Shown here one piece after another: positions 9,082-18,814 of a stretch of DNA of 64,000 bases (its first letter is position 1; the number at the start of each line of letters is the position of its first letter). Under the pieces are notes generated by a model that was not told where the DNA came from, searched no databases, and saw only the letters and a list, made by a program, of their open reading frames with translations. The stretch is from an uncultured Candidatus Woesearchaeota archaeon (GTDB taxonomy: Archaea; Nanobdellota; Nanobdellia; Woesearchaeales; B29-G15). A program made the translations under genes and the position numbers. The DNA lies in the NCBI GenBank assembly GCA_903915225.1, contig CAIWSB010000080.1, forward strand, positions 21,459-85,458, written 5' to 3'.

Positions 9082-12000
9082 ATGAGAAAAATATTGGTTA
9101 TGTCTTTAGTGATTTTGCTGCTGTTGCCATCCTTGGTTTTGGCTCTAACCCTTACTTCCCCTCAAGAAGGTACATTGATACCCTCCGATTACGGTTGTAA
9201 TGAACAGCCGAGCTGCAGTGAAGCGCTTTCTCAAAGTGGTGGCATTGCAACCCAATATGATTTCGACTCAGACGGCCGTGTCGACCTCAAGGAGGTTCTG
9301 CAGGCCATTGCTGATAAAAGCTTAGGAAAAATTTCCGGATCGCAAGTGTGTGGCATGATAGGGTTGTGGCAGAGTGATTGCATCACTATTCTATGCAAAG
9401 ACTCAGATAACAGCCCCGACTTTTATACGAATCTTATTACTTATCCAATAACATCCGATAGCGAGCCATCACTTTTCCAGAAGGGCTATGCTAAGGGTAT
9501 ATACACACAAGCAGACCAAAACCTAATAATTGGAGAGGGGAACAAGTTATCATCTATTAGCCAAAGCCCTTACCCCTATTCCATTTACTATGACCATTGT
9601 GCAAACGATCAACAGCTGAATGAGGCCTTCTGCACAACTGAAGGCAAACTAGCTTCCCAGGGAGTTTCATGTCCCAACGGATGCGCAAATGGCGCGTGCT
9701 TAAAAGTGTCAACTCCGAAATGCACAAGTGATTCCGAATGCCCCTCATCGCAGAATACATATTGCTCGGGTGGTTCGGTTTGTTATGAATCCCCAATCGG
9801 GAAATGCATAAACCCCGGAACCGATTCAGCTTACTGCGGCCAAGTCTCTGGGCAAGCGGCCTGTAAAATATGCCCCAATGGCTGCTCTAGTGGGGAATGC
9901 AACCCGGCGCCAACATGCAAAGATACAGATGGACTGAATTATTTGACCAAAACCTCTGTGACTTCAAGCCAGGGTAATGTTTGGTGGGATCAGTGCATTC
10001 AAATCACTGGCGGAACTCCAGAGAGTGCATCCTATTGCGCAGGACAAGACTGCTACCTTTACGAGATGCTTTGCAGCCCCGTTAAAAGTCCCGAAATACT
10101 TGAATTAACTAAAACATTTGATGGAGTGTATAGTGCAAAAATTAGATGTGCAGATGGTTGCAACGATGGCACCTGCAAAAAACCTACTGCAACATGCACG
10201 GATTCTGACGGCGGCATTGACTATTATACCAAAGGAAAAATTGAAGCTTCAGGTTGGGGAATTACCTATGATTCCTGCTTTGGAGAAAATGGCGCTAGTA
10301 TGTTGGATGAGTATTACTGCAATAAAGATGGTTCAGTAGGCAAAGTTGATTTTAGCTGCCCCAATGGCTGCAAGGATGGAGCCTGCATAAAACCAGCTGC
10401 GACATGCAAGGATTCGGATCTTGGGGTGGATCCATATACTAAAGGGATATGTAAAGACTCAAGGGGAGTCATCGTTGAAGACGGTTGCCTTAAATCAGAT
10501 GGTTCTGGTCCTTATCCTAAGGGAGAGTATGTTCTTGAATCCTACTGCATGACCCCTGACATGAGGGAATACTGCAAACAATTCAATGGTGCAGAATACT
10601 GCGATAATCTTCCAGATGTGTGCTATTCCTCTCCATTTATCCCCCAGGATAATCTTGCATGGTATTATTTCCCAAGGAATGAGGCATATTTCTGTGAAAA
10701 TGGCTGCTCAAATGGGGCATGCATAAAGGGAACAAACCCAAAATGCACAAGCGATTCTGAATGCACATCCTCCCAAAAGTCATATTGCTCCGGCAATTTG
10801 GTTTGTGTTCAACCCTCAAGCGGAAAGTGCATAAATCCTGGAACTAATTCAGCTTATTGCGGTACATTATCTGGGCAAGAAGCTTGCCAGCTGTGCCCCA
10901 ATGGTTGCTCAAATGGTGCTTGTATAACCTCAACTTCCAGCTGCTCTGACACAGATGGTGGCATAAATCAGTTTGTCAAAGGAACTGTAAAAACCTTCAG
11001 AGGTCCAGACGAAACGGGGCTGATTGGTATAGCCCAAGGGGTTGGTGCTGTTAAAAAAAGTGTAGAATCTAAGGAAGGTTACACTGCAACTTTTACAGAT
11101 GCCTGCTTCAAGGCGGATGATTACTTCACCCTTAATGTGGGAGAAAAAAGAGATATCAAGATATGGCAGGAAAAATCTAGTGTTGAAATTGTGAACGTAA
11201 ATGTCCCAGAAAATAAAGTTACCCTAAAAATTGGGGGAAATATTTTGACCCTGAATGAGAACGAAGTGAGTGGGATGAACCAAATTATGGTTGGCAAAAT
11301 ATTCACTGCCGAAATCCCTTACCCTACGGCGCAAGTGGAGATTTTTATAGGTCCGCATCAGGGTGCAGGGGATTACCTCATGGAATTCTATTGTTCTGGG
11401 GACAACAACGCCGCTGTAGAATATTTCAAATGCGAGAACGGGTGCTCCGATGGAGCCTGTAACCAGGTAAACACAAAGTGCATTTCTGAAGGACAGACAG
11501 GTTCAGGGTTTTCCCCATACTCCTCTAACGAGAAATGCTGTGCGGGCCTAACTAGTGTTGCCTGTGCAACATCAGACGGCGATATGTGCGGCGTAGCCAC
11601 AGACTGCTTTGTCTGCACCAACTGCGGTGACGGTATATGCGGCCTAGGTGAGAATCAATGCAACTGCGCTCAAGACTGTAATAATTGTGTTGGCGAAGGG
11701 GGCAGTATACCGGTAATTCAAAACGGCCCCAAATGCTGCGCGGGTTTGACACCAATTTCACCCACAGTGTCTAGCGGAACAGGAGAGTGCTTGGTTATGA
11801 TTGGAGCACAGGTTTGCACCAAGTGTGGTGATGGAATCTGTGGCGCAGGTGAGAACCAATGCAACTGCGCTGAGGATTGTGCGTATTCCAAATGCTCAGA
11901 CACCGATGGCGGCCAAGATGTTTTCACAGCAGGCAAGGTGATAATTACAAAGAGCACTGGCTCGATTTACACAGTTCCAGACACATGTGTGTCTGAAGCC

Positions 12001-13500
12001 AACATGCATAATATGGGAATTATGGAGGTAAGCTCATTTGTAAAGAAGGTCAACCCTATCACTGCAGTATCATCTCCTACTGTGACAGTAGCCTCTACTC
12101 CAGTTCAATCAACTTCAGCCGGGGCTTCTGGAGGGCAAGTGCCTTCAGTGGCATCTGTTCAAAACACAGCTATACAAGTGGCTGAAGAGATTGCTGAGCA
12201 GCCCCCATCACAGTATACTACTCCACAACAACCCCCATTAATTACACCCCCCTATGGACATAAGACATATGTTTTGGAGCAATACTGTAATGAAAATGGT
12301 GGCTATAATACCTTGGCTTACGAATGCCCATACGGATGTGAGAATGGTGCTTGTATTACATCACCAGCCACCTGCCTTGCTGAAGGAGAAAATGGCAAAT
12401 CCGGTTTTGAACTCACCACCTGCTGCGAAGGCTTAACCAGCGTCCCAAATTCAAAATTTGAAACAGTTGGTGATGCATCCGGTTACACATGCCTCCAGCC
12501 CCAGGACGGGAGCTTTGTCTGCACCAACTGCGGAGATGGCATATGCGGCTTGGGAGAAAACCAATGTAACTGTGCTCAAGACTGTAATAATTGTGTTGGC
12601 GAAGGAGGAAGCATCCCGGTTATTCCAAACGGCCCAAAATGCTGTGCCGGTTTGACACCAATTTCACCCAGTGTGTCTAGTGGAACAGGAGAGTGTGCGA
12701 TTATGGTGGGGGCGCAGGTTTGCACCCAATGCGGTGACGGTATCTGCGGCGCAGGCGAAAACACCTGCAACTGCGCAGAAGACTGCAAGAAAGTGACCAA
12801 GTGCGAAGTCAATGCAGGGTACTGCCAAGCTGAGTACAAATGCACTGACTTTAAATGCGGCCCTGCACCCACATGCAAAGAGGGATACTATGAGTCTGGT
12901 GAGCTTGGCTGTGTGGAAGGATTATGTTGCCTGCCAGAACCACCTGCAACCAAATGCGAAGCCAACGGTGGTTATTGCAATGTTATGCCAGAATGCAAAG
13001 AGGGATATGAGTGCATACAAATGATGCCAGAATGCAAGGGTGGGTATAATCCCTCTAAAGACTCCTTGGGTTGCCCGGGGGAATGCTGCCTACCTGAAGT
13101 ACCAACCAACACCTGCGAGACCAATGGGGGAAAGTGTACTATTCTTGGGGATCTTGTTGAAGATACGTGTGAAATGCACAACCTGAAAACACTCCCCTAT
13201 TCTTGCCAGCAGATTGCAACGAATACACAATGTTGTGCTGAAGCGATTGTGCCACCCACTACAGTTTGTTCTGGCTGCGTCTACAAAGAGGCATGCCTCC
13301 CAATTGGAACCAGAGTGAGTGTGGATAGTGCGGGTCAATTCTGCGATATAAACAAGCAGATTACTGCCCAACTCCCTGAAGATAATTCCTGCATGAACAA
13401 CTATGAATGCAAATCCAACCTCTGCGTGAGTGACAAGTGTATAAGTGGTGGATTCTTTACAAGGATAATGGAATGGTTTAAGAGCCTCTTTGGGGGATAA
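9082..13500 (+). CDS. Giant (1472 aa) secreted modular cysteine-rich surface protein. The track ORF begins at GTG 9073; the likely true start is ATG 9082.
   Basis: Sec signal peptide MRKILVMSLVILLLLPSLVLA. Eight copies of C-[PE]-N-G-C-x-[DN]-G-[AT]-C and about six copies of C-x-D-[ST]-D-G-[GL] (CKDTDGL, CTDSDGG, CKDSDLG, CSDTDGG twice, plus a weaker CKDSDNS). Two ~90-aa near-identical CTNCGDGICGLGENQCNCAQDC...CGDGICGAGENQCNCAEDC repeats, a Pro/Ser/Thr linker, and EGF/granulin-like Cys knots at the C-terminus. Confidence 0.8.
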   Translation: MRKILVMSLVILLLLPSLVLALTLTSPQEGTLIPSDYGCNEQPSCSEALSQSGGIATQYDFDSDGRVDLKEVLQAIADKSLGKISGSQVCGMIGLWQSDCITILCKDSDNSPDFYTNLITYPITSDSEPSLFQKGYAKGIYTQADQNLIIGEGNKLSSISQSPYPYSIYYDHCANDQQLNEAFCTTEGKLASQGVSCPNGCANGACLKVSTPKCTSDSECPSSQNTYCSGGSVCYESPIGKCINPGTDSAYCGQVSGQAACKICPNGCSSGECNPAPTCKDTDGLNYLTKTSVTSSQGNVWWDQCIQITGGTPESASYCAGQDCYLYEMLCSPVKSPEILELTKTFDGVYSAKIRCADGCNDGTCKKPTATCTDSDGGIDYYTKGKIEASGWGITYDSCFGENGASMLDEYYCNKDGSVGKVDFSCPNGCKDGACIKPAATCKDSDLGVDPYTKGICKDSRGVIVEDGCLKSDGSGPYPKGEYVLESYCMTPDMREYCKQFNGAEYCDNLPDVCYSSPFIPQDNLAWYYFPRNEAYFCENGCSNGACIKGTNPKCTSDSECTSSQKSYCSGNLVCVQPSSGKCINPGTNSAYCGTLSGQEACQLCPNGCSNGACITSTSSCSDTDGGINQFVKGTVKTFRGPDETGLIGIAQGVGAVKKSVESKEGYTATFTDACFKADDYFTLNVGEKRDIKIWQEKSSVEIVNVNVPENKVTLKIGGNILTLNENEVSGMNQIMVGKIFTAEIPYPTAQVEIFIGPHQGAGDYLMEFYCSGDNNAAVEYFKCENGCSDGACNQVNTKCISEGQTGSGFSPYSSNEKCCAGLTSVACATSDGDMCGVATDCFVCTNCGDGICGLGENQCNCAQDCNNCVGEGGSIPVIQNGPKCCAGLTPISPTVSSGTGECLVMIGAQVCTKCGDGICGAGENQCNCAEDCAYSKCSDTDGGQDVFTAGKVIITKSTGSIYTVPDTCVSEANMHNMGIMEVSSFVKKVNPITAVSSPTVTVASTPVQSTSAGASGGQVPSVASVQNTAIQVAEEIAEQPPSQYTTPQQPPLITPPYGHKTYVLEQYCNENGGYNTLAYECPYGCENGACITSPATCLAEGENGKSGFELTTCCEGLTSVPNSKFETVGDASGYTCLQPQDGSFVCTNCGDGICGLGENQCNCAQDCNNCVGEGGSIPVIPNGPKCCAGLTPISPSVSSGTGECAIMVGAQVCTQCGDGICGAGENTCNCAEDCKKVTKCEVNAGYCQAEYKCTDFKCGPAPTCKEGYYESGELGCVEGLCCLPEPPATKCEANGGYCNVMPECKEGYECIQMMPECKGGYNPSKDSLGCPGECCLPEVPTNTCETNGGKCTILGDLVEDTCEMHNLKTLPYSCQQIATNTQCCAEAIVPPTTVCSGCVYKEACLPIGTRVSVDSAGQFCDINKQITAQLPEDNSCMNNYECKSNLCVSDKCISGGFFTRIMEWFKSLFGG
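9715..9905 (+). repeat. Intragenic repeat B copy 1 (PKCTSDSEC...CPNGCSSGEC module); copy 2 at 10735-10925, ~75-80% nucleotide identity
   Basis: Direct comparison of ccgaaatgcacaagtgattccgaatgc... with ccaaaatgcacaagcgattctgaatgc... Confidence 0.6.
10735..10925 (+). repeat. Intragenic repeat B copy 2
   Basis: See copy 1. Confidence 0.6.
11611..11880 (+). repeat. Intragenic repeat A copy 1 (~270 bp; encodes CTNCGDGICGLGENQCNCAQDCNNCVGEGGSIPVIQNGPKCCAGLTPISP...CGDGICGAGENQCNCAEDC)
   Basis: Near-identical (~85-90%) to 12517-12785. At the protein level the copies differ at only a few positions. Confidence 0.7.
12517..12785 (+). repeat. Intragenic repeat A copy 2
   Basis: See copy 1. Confidence 0.7.
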
Positions 13501-13530
13501 ATTTTTATTTAACCTTCATTTTTTAATTTT

Positions 13531-14193
13531 GTGAAGGGTTTAATAGCTGTTTTTGTATTTTTTATAATTCTAATTTCCTTGGCAGAAGGTAAACTTAACC
13601 AAGGGCCCATGAATTCAAGGCAGATTGAAATACCTTGTACTGAATCAGATGATGGTAAGGACTTTTACCTGCGCGGCAGTGTTTGGGGAGTTGATAATTG
13701 GGGAATAAATGGAATTATAAGTGACATATGCCTTGGCAAGGATGAGTTGGTGCCAATGTTTCCCGGGCAAAGAAGAGTGATAGAGACAAGCAGGGGCACT
13801 GCCATGGAGATTAGGCTTCTGGGATTAGATGAGGGGAAAGGGAAGGTATTAGTGAGTCTTGATGGGAAGGAATTCACAGCTGAGCAATGGGATAAGCTGG
13901 CCTTTGCAGGCGGCTATGTTGGAATAAACCAAATTGCTGAAAATTGGGTTTTTTTGACATTTAACCTAACTGCTGCTGGCAACAAATTATTGGAGTATTA
14001 TTGTGAAGACCAAAAAATTGGTTTTGAAATTTATGAGTGCCCAATGGGATGCTCCGATGGGGCCTGCAGGGTGGATGAAAAACAAGAAAGAACAACAAAA
14101 GAGGTTGTTCTATTTCCTCTTGAACATTTTCTCCAGATCAACCCTAGTGAATTTTATGACAGTTGGGCGGCCATGGGCGCAGGCATAGGCTAG
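13531..14193 (+). CDS. Small secreted protein (220 aa) carrying one copy of the same Cys module as the giant protein; GTG start
   Basis: Signal peptide VKGLIAVFVFFIILISLAEG, then CTESDDGKDFYLRG ... YYCEDQKIGFEIYECPMGCSDGACR, which parallels the module boundaries in the giant protein. Needs a GTG start. The 3' end overlaps the mutL 3' end by 84 nt (convergent). Confidence 0.5.
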   Translation: MKGLIAVFVFFIILISLAEGKLNQGPMNSRQIEIPCTESDDGKDFYLRGSVWGVDNWGINGIISDICLGKDELVPMFPGQRRVIETSRGTAMEIRLLGLDEGKGKVLVSLDGKEFTAEQWDKLAFAGGYVGINQIAENWVFLTFNLTAAGNKLLEYYCEDQKIGFEIYECPMGCSDGACRVDEKQERTTKEVVLFPLEHFLQINPSEFYDSWAAMGAGIG

Positions 14194-15792
14194 ATTGCAT
14201 TCGAACAGCTTTTCAAGTAAGGAAGACATCTCTGCCGGGGAAAGCTCCTCATTGGCTTTCACCGAAGCCTTGCAGGCCATTGTATGGATAATCTCTTCCT
14301 TTACCATCCCACTCTTAGTCTTCTTGAGATTCGCGGCGAGTTCATCGAACAGGTCTTTAAGATAATCTTTTGTGACCCCCCCGCCAAGAATAACCGGAAC
14401 CTGCCTCACAATGAATTGATGCTCCCCAAAGCTTTCCACATCAAAACCTAGCTCGCGCAGATGAGCAAGCCCCTCTTTGATAATAGGCACATTGTGTTTT
14501 GGCGGACTCACAAGAATTGGCTGAAGCAGCTGCTGTGGTTTTTGGTTTGAGTCCAGGGTTTTGTTTAACCTTTCAAGATTTATTCGCTCTTCAGCTGCAT
14601 GCTGGTCAACAATTATGAGGCCGTCAGGTACCTCGGCGATGATGAAGCTCTTTGCCACTTGCCCCAGCACCTTAAAGCCCGGCGATGAGTGTTCCCGTGC
14701 GAGCATGGTTTGTTTGCCCATATCAATCTTACCTTCAGGAGCATTCTTCGTAGCATTACTGAGAATACGGCCGAGTACACTCTGCTGCGATTCCGGCTGC
14801 TTCTCAATAAGCACATTATGCTCGAGAGCCTCCTTAACAGCCAGATGAACCTCTGTGAAAACAAGCTCTTCGGAATCAAATTTCACTTCTTGCTTCGTGG
14901 GGTGTACGTTTACATCAATCCTGCCTGGTTCGATTGTGATATTGAGCACAGCCACAGGCTTCTTATCCAAAAACAGCAGGGTCTTATAGGCAGATTCAAG
15001 CGCATCGGTCAGCAGCTTACTCTTAATGTATCTGCGATTCACAAAAAAACTCTCAAAAGCTCGGGTGCTGCGGGCAATGCTCGGAATTCCAATCAATCCA
15101 TCAACTCTGATACTGCCGGAGTGCAACACGGGTACCATATTCTTAGCAACATCCATTCCGTATATGTGGGCCACCTTGCTCCTCAAGTCAACAGTTGCCG
15201 GAGCACTTAGTATCTCCGATTCATTGTTCTTTACAATGAACCCAATTTCTGGGTAAGCCAGGGCATAGTTGGTTACAACATCAACAATGAGCCTAAGCTC
15301 GCCCGTTTCACTTGCCAAGAATTTCCTGCGTGCAGGTGTGTTGTAGAAAAGGTTACGCACCGCAATTGTTGTCCCCTTTGGTGCAGCTACTTCCTCCACA
15401 CGCTTGCCATCACCATCTACCACAACACGCGTTCCAGTACCAGCACCATCGTTTGTTACAATGCTAAGCCTTGAAACAGCAGCAATACTGGCCAAAGCCT
15501 CACCACGAAAGCCCAGATGCCTGATGTTGAATAAGTCGGCCAGTGTTGATATTTTGCTGGTCGTATGCCTCTCCACCGAAAGAAGGGCATCAGCGCGTGA
15601 CATCCCGGAGCCGTTGTCGCTAATAATTATCACATCCTTTCCGCCAGCCTTGAGCTCGATGCGAACCATTGTGGCTCTGGCATCTATTGCATTCTCCACA
15701 CATTCCTTTACCACAGAAACCGGGCGTTCAACTACCTCTCCAGCAGCTATCTTTTCAACAATTTCCCTTTGGAGCCTCTTTATTGTTCCCAT
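14110..15792 (-). CDS. mutL: DNA mismatch repair protein MutL
   Basis: GHKL ATPase N-terminus EVVERPVSVVKECVENAIDA...IISDNGSGM and the C-terminal dimerisation domain with CAHGRPTVIKF. Confidence 0.9.
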   Translation of the reverse strand: MGTIKRLQREIVEKIAAGEVVERPVSVVKECVENAIDARATMVRIELKAGGKDVIIISDNGSGMSRADALLSVERHTTSKISTLADLFNIRHLGFRGEALASIAAVSRLSIVTNDGAGTGTRVVVDGDGKRVEEVAAPKGTTIAVRNLFYNTPARRKFLASETGELRLIVDVVTNYALAYPEIGFIVKNNESEILSAPATVDLRSKVAHIYGMDVAKNMVPVLHSGSIRVDGLIGIPSIARSTRAFESFFVNRRYIKSKLLTDALESAYKTLLFLDKKPVAVLNITIEPGRIDVNVHPTKQEVKFDSEELVFTEVHLAVKEALEHNVLIEKQPESQQSVLGRILSNATKNAPEGKIDMGKQTMLAREHSSPGFKVLGQVAKSFIIAEVPDGLIIVDQHAAEERINLERLNKTLDSNQKPQQLLQPILVSPPKHNVPIIKEGLAHLRELGFDVESFGEHQFIVRQVPVILGGGVTKDYLKDLFDELAANLKKTKSGMVKEEIIHTMACKASVKANEELSPAEMSSLLEKLFECNLAYACAHGRPTVIKFTRVDLEKMFKRK

Positions 15793-18260
15793 TTTTTCAA
15801 ACTAAATTGTTCTGCATGTTTCTTCCCCTGCAGCTTGTCCAGCATCTCATCTTCATCCATGAGTTGTTTCTGGATACCCATAGCCCTATCAACAACCTCT
15901 TGCGGCATTCCTGCGAGCCTGGCCACATGGATTCCGTAGCTCTTATCAGTTCCGCCCTCTTCAATTTTCCTTAGGAAGATGATGTCACCACCCTTCTCCT
16001 TTACACTGATGTTCCAGTTTTTGATATTTGCAAACTCCTCACCCATCTTGTTGAGCACATGATAATGGGTTGCAAAGATTGTCTTAGCCTTAATTTTGTT
16101 GTAAATGTACTCTGCAACTGCCCAAGCTATTGCAACGCCATCAAATGTTGACGTTCCGCGGCCAACCTCATCAAGCATGATAAGCGATTTATCAGTTGCA
16201 TTGTTGAGTATGTTGGCTGTCTCATCCATTTCAACCATAAATGTGCTCTGGCCATGCATGAGGTCATCATAGGCTCCAACTCGGGTGAATATCCTGTCCA
16301 CTATGCCAATCTCAGCCTCCCCGGCAGGCACAAAGCTGCCAATCTGGGCCATGAGTACAATCAAGCAGACCTGGCGCATATAGGTGCTCTTGCCAGCCAT
16401 ATTTGGGCCAGTAAGGATTACCATCTCATTCTTAGTGAGCAAAGTATCGTTCGGAATAAAACCAGGACAAATAAGTTCAACAACCGGATGTCTGCCAGAT
16501 TTAATGCGGATATCTCCGTTGTTGTTTACCAAAGGTTTAACGTATCTATGCTTTTCAGCTGCATGGGCAAGGGAGCAAAGCACATCAAGGACAGCAAGAC
16601 GCCGGGCTATTGCCTGGAGTGGCCTTGCATTACGTTCCATCTCTAAAACAACTTGCCTGAAGAGCTCATACTCAAGTATATTTATCCGCTCTTCGGCCCC
16701 CAATATCTTTGATTCAAGCACCTTTAGCTCTTCGGTAACATAGCGCACCCCCCCAACCAGGGTTTGCTTCTGAATGAAATTGGGTGGCACTCTGCCGATT
16801 TGGGAATTTGAAACCTGGAGGTAATAACCAATAACCTGGTTGAAGCCAACCCTCAGGGTTTTTATGCCTGTTCGGTTTATTTCATCATACTCAATGCGCT
16901 TGAGCACCTCACTGCTGGATTCCTTTATCTCTCTAAGCTCATCCAGCTCTAGGTTAAAGCCTGCACGGATTATCCCCCCCTCAGTTGCCTTTAGTGGTGG
17001 GTTCTCCTGAATGGCCTTTTTTATCCCCCCAGTTAATTCATTAAGGGTCTGCATTGTGGCTAATTTTGTGAGTGTAGAATTGGTTGAATCCTTTAGAAGC
17101 GAGATAAGCTTGGGCAGCTGGTCCAGGGAAGTGCTCACGGCAATCAAATCCTTTGGGTTGATGCTGTTGTATGAGAGCTTGCCAACCATTCGCTCTAGGT
17201 CGCAAACTCCCTTCAAAAGGCTGCGTATCTCTTCCCTCAAGATTGGGTCACGGGCCAGTAGGGCAATTGCATCTTGTCTTCCCTTTATTTTATCCACATC
17301 AATGAGGGGGCGCTGGAGCCATTGCCTAAGCCGCCGTGCACCCATTGGCGTGATAGTATAATCAATCTTGCCCAACAGGGTGTCTTTTCCACTCCGGTCC
17401 ATTATATTCTCAAAAACCTCTAGGTTGCGGAGCGTTGTGCTGTCAACTATCATGAACCAGTTGATGTTTATTGTCCTCATCCTATTAATGTGCCCTAAGG
17501 CCAGCTTCTGGGTCTCTTTAAGGTAGGCAAGAAGCCCCCCTGCAGCAGATATTTGCAATGGTTTGCCCTCGAGTCCGAAACCGCGGAGCGAGTTGGTGCG
17601 GAAATGCTCCAGCAGGGTGCGCGCCGCATCATCATTGTTGAATGAGCTGTCAGGGAATTTTGTCACAAATATCTTCTCCTTTTCGAGCAGCACTAGAAAG
17701 TCCCCGTTCACAGCAAAGCTTTCTGGGATAAGGCATTCTGCAGGTCTGAGTTTTCTTAGCTCAGAAGCCACCCGCTCAAAACCCTGCGCCTCGAAGCAGA
17801 AAAAATCCCCCGTTGTTATGTCCGCTGCAGCTACGCCAAAGCTATCCCCACGCGGAAAGACAGAAGCTATAAAATTATTCTGGCCCTGCTGAAGCATACC
17901 CTCTTCAGTTACTGTGCCTGGAGTGATAATCCTAACAACATCCCTTGAGACAATCCGGCCCTTCACTGTTCTAGGGTCCTCCATCTGCTCAGCAATTGCC
18001 AAACGCAGGCCGCTGCTTATCAGCCTCTGGATATAGGTATCAGCCGCCCTATAAGGAATGCCTGCCAGGGGTGCCTTCTTTTGGCCCTTCCCTCTTGAAG
18101 TGAGTGTAATCCCAAGCACCTTGGAGGCAGTGATGGCATCCTCATAGAACATCTCATAGAAATCCCCCATGCGGAACATCAGGAGGCAGTCTGGGTGCTT
18201 CTGCTTAAAGTGCTTGTACTGCTTCATTGCCGGAGTCAAATCCGGCTCCAAACCCCCCAT
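15780..18260 (-). CDS. mutS: DNA mismatch repair protein MutS (bacterial MutS1 type). The track start 18299 is TTG; the first ATG is at 18260.
   Basis: N-terminal mismatch-binding TPAMKQY...LLMFRMGDFYEMF and Walker A LTGPNMAGKSTYMRQV. Overlaps the mutL start by 13 nt. Confidence 0.9.
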   Translation of the reverse strand: MGGLEPDLTPAMKQYKHFKQKHPDCLLMFRMGDFYEMFYEDAITASKVLGITLTSRGKGQKKAPLAGIPYRAADTYIQRLISSGLRLAIAEQMEDPRTVKGRIVSRDVVRIITPGTVTEEGMLQQGQNNFIASVFPRGDSFGVAAADITTGDFFCFEAQGFERVASELRKLRPAECLIPESFAVNGDFLVLLEKEKIFVTKFPDSSFNNDDAARTLLEHFRTNSLRGFGLEGKPLQISAAGGLLAYLKETQKLALGHINRMRTININWFMIVDSTTLRNLEVFENIMDRSGKDTLLGKIDYTITPMGARRLRQWLQRPLIDVDKIKGRQDAIALLARDPILREEIRSLLKGVCDLERMVGKLSYNSINPKDLIAVSTSLDQLPKLISLLKDSTNSTLTKLATMQTLNELTGGIKKAIQENPPLKATEGGIIRAGFNLELDELREIKESSSEVLKRIEYDEINRTGIKTLRVGFNQVIGYYLQVSNSQIGRVPPNFIQKQTLVGGVRYVTEELKVLESKILGAEERINILEYELFRQVVLEMERNARPLQAIARRLAVLDVLCSLAHAAEKHRYVKPLVNNNGDIRIKSGRHPVVELICPGFIPNDTLLTKNEMVILTGPNMAGKSTYMRQVCLIVLMAQIGSFVPAGEAEIGIVDRIFTRVGAYDDLMHGQSTFMVEMDETANILNNATDKSLIMLDEVGRGTSTFDGVAIAWAVAEYIYNKIKAKTIFATHYHVLNKMGEEFANIKNWNISVKEKGGDIIFLRKIEEGGTDKSYGIHVARLAGMPQEVVDRAMGIQKQLMDEDEMLDKLQGKKHAEQFSLKKWEQ

Positions 18261-18361
18261 GCAAGGGCATAATCCCTTGTGGTTTTTAAAATTTGCCAAG
18301 GTTGGGCCTCGAGAGAGGGGAAGTGCTCCTTAGAAAGATATTTAAATTTCACCCCAGATAA

Positions 18362-18772
18362 ATGATCATGGCAAAAAAGAGAAGATCCAATAAAAAACCC
18401 AAGAATTCCCATTCAGCAATCAACTGGCTCATTATCATTGGGCTTGCGATAATTCTTATCTTAAGACTAAACCAACTCATAAGTTTTTTAGCAAGTATTG
18501 GCAACCCACAGGTTAACCAAAGTATATTACTCTTCATGATACTGCTCGGTTTGGCTTTTATCGCCATAACTGTTGTGTTCCTTATTTTCATAATAAAAAT
18601 GAAAAAATGGGCCTATTGGGGTACAGTTTCACTTGCCGTGCTCCAATTTAGTTTGATGGATTTAACTACTTTCACGCCCCTCTCCATTTTAATGACCTGC
18701 CTTAATGTTATCCTCACATTTGGCCCGTTGTGGATAATTTATTCATCCTATCCACAAAAAGTTAAGCGTTAG
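18362..18772 (+). CDS. Hypothetical membrane protein (136 aa, ~4 TM)
   Basis: Basic N-terminus MIMAKKRRSNKKPKN followed by four hydrophobic segments. Transcribed divergently from mutS. Confidence 0.45.
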   Translation: MIMAKKRRSNKKPKNSHSAINWLIIIGLAIILILRLNQLISFLASIGNPQVNQSILLFMILLGLAFIAITVVFLIFIIKMKKWAYWGTVSLAVLQFSLMDLTTFTPLSILMTCLNVILTFGPLWIIYSSYPQKVKR

Positions 18773-18814
18773 ACAGAAAATTATTTATACCCCAAAGGGG
18801 AATTTCTGAGAAGA

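Noticed and set aside
11121-13371. Numerous minus-strand ORFs of 60-100 aa inside the giant surface-protein gene (e.g. 11718-11957, 12576-12878, 13090-13371)
   Set aside because: They are antisense shadows of the Cys-codon-rich, repetitive coding strand. Two of them (11718-11957 and 12576-12878) merely mirror the internal repeats. None has a start context.
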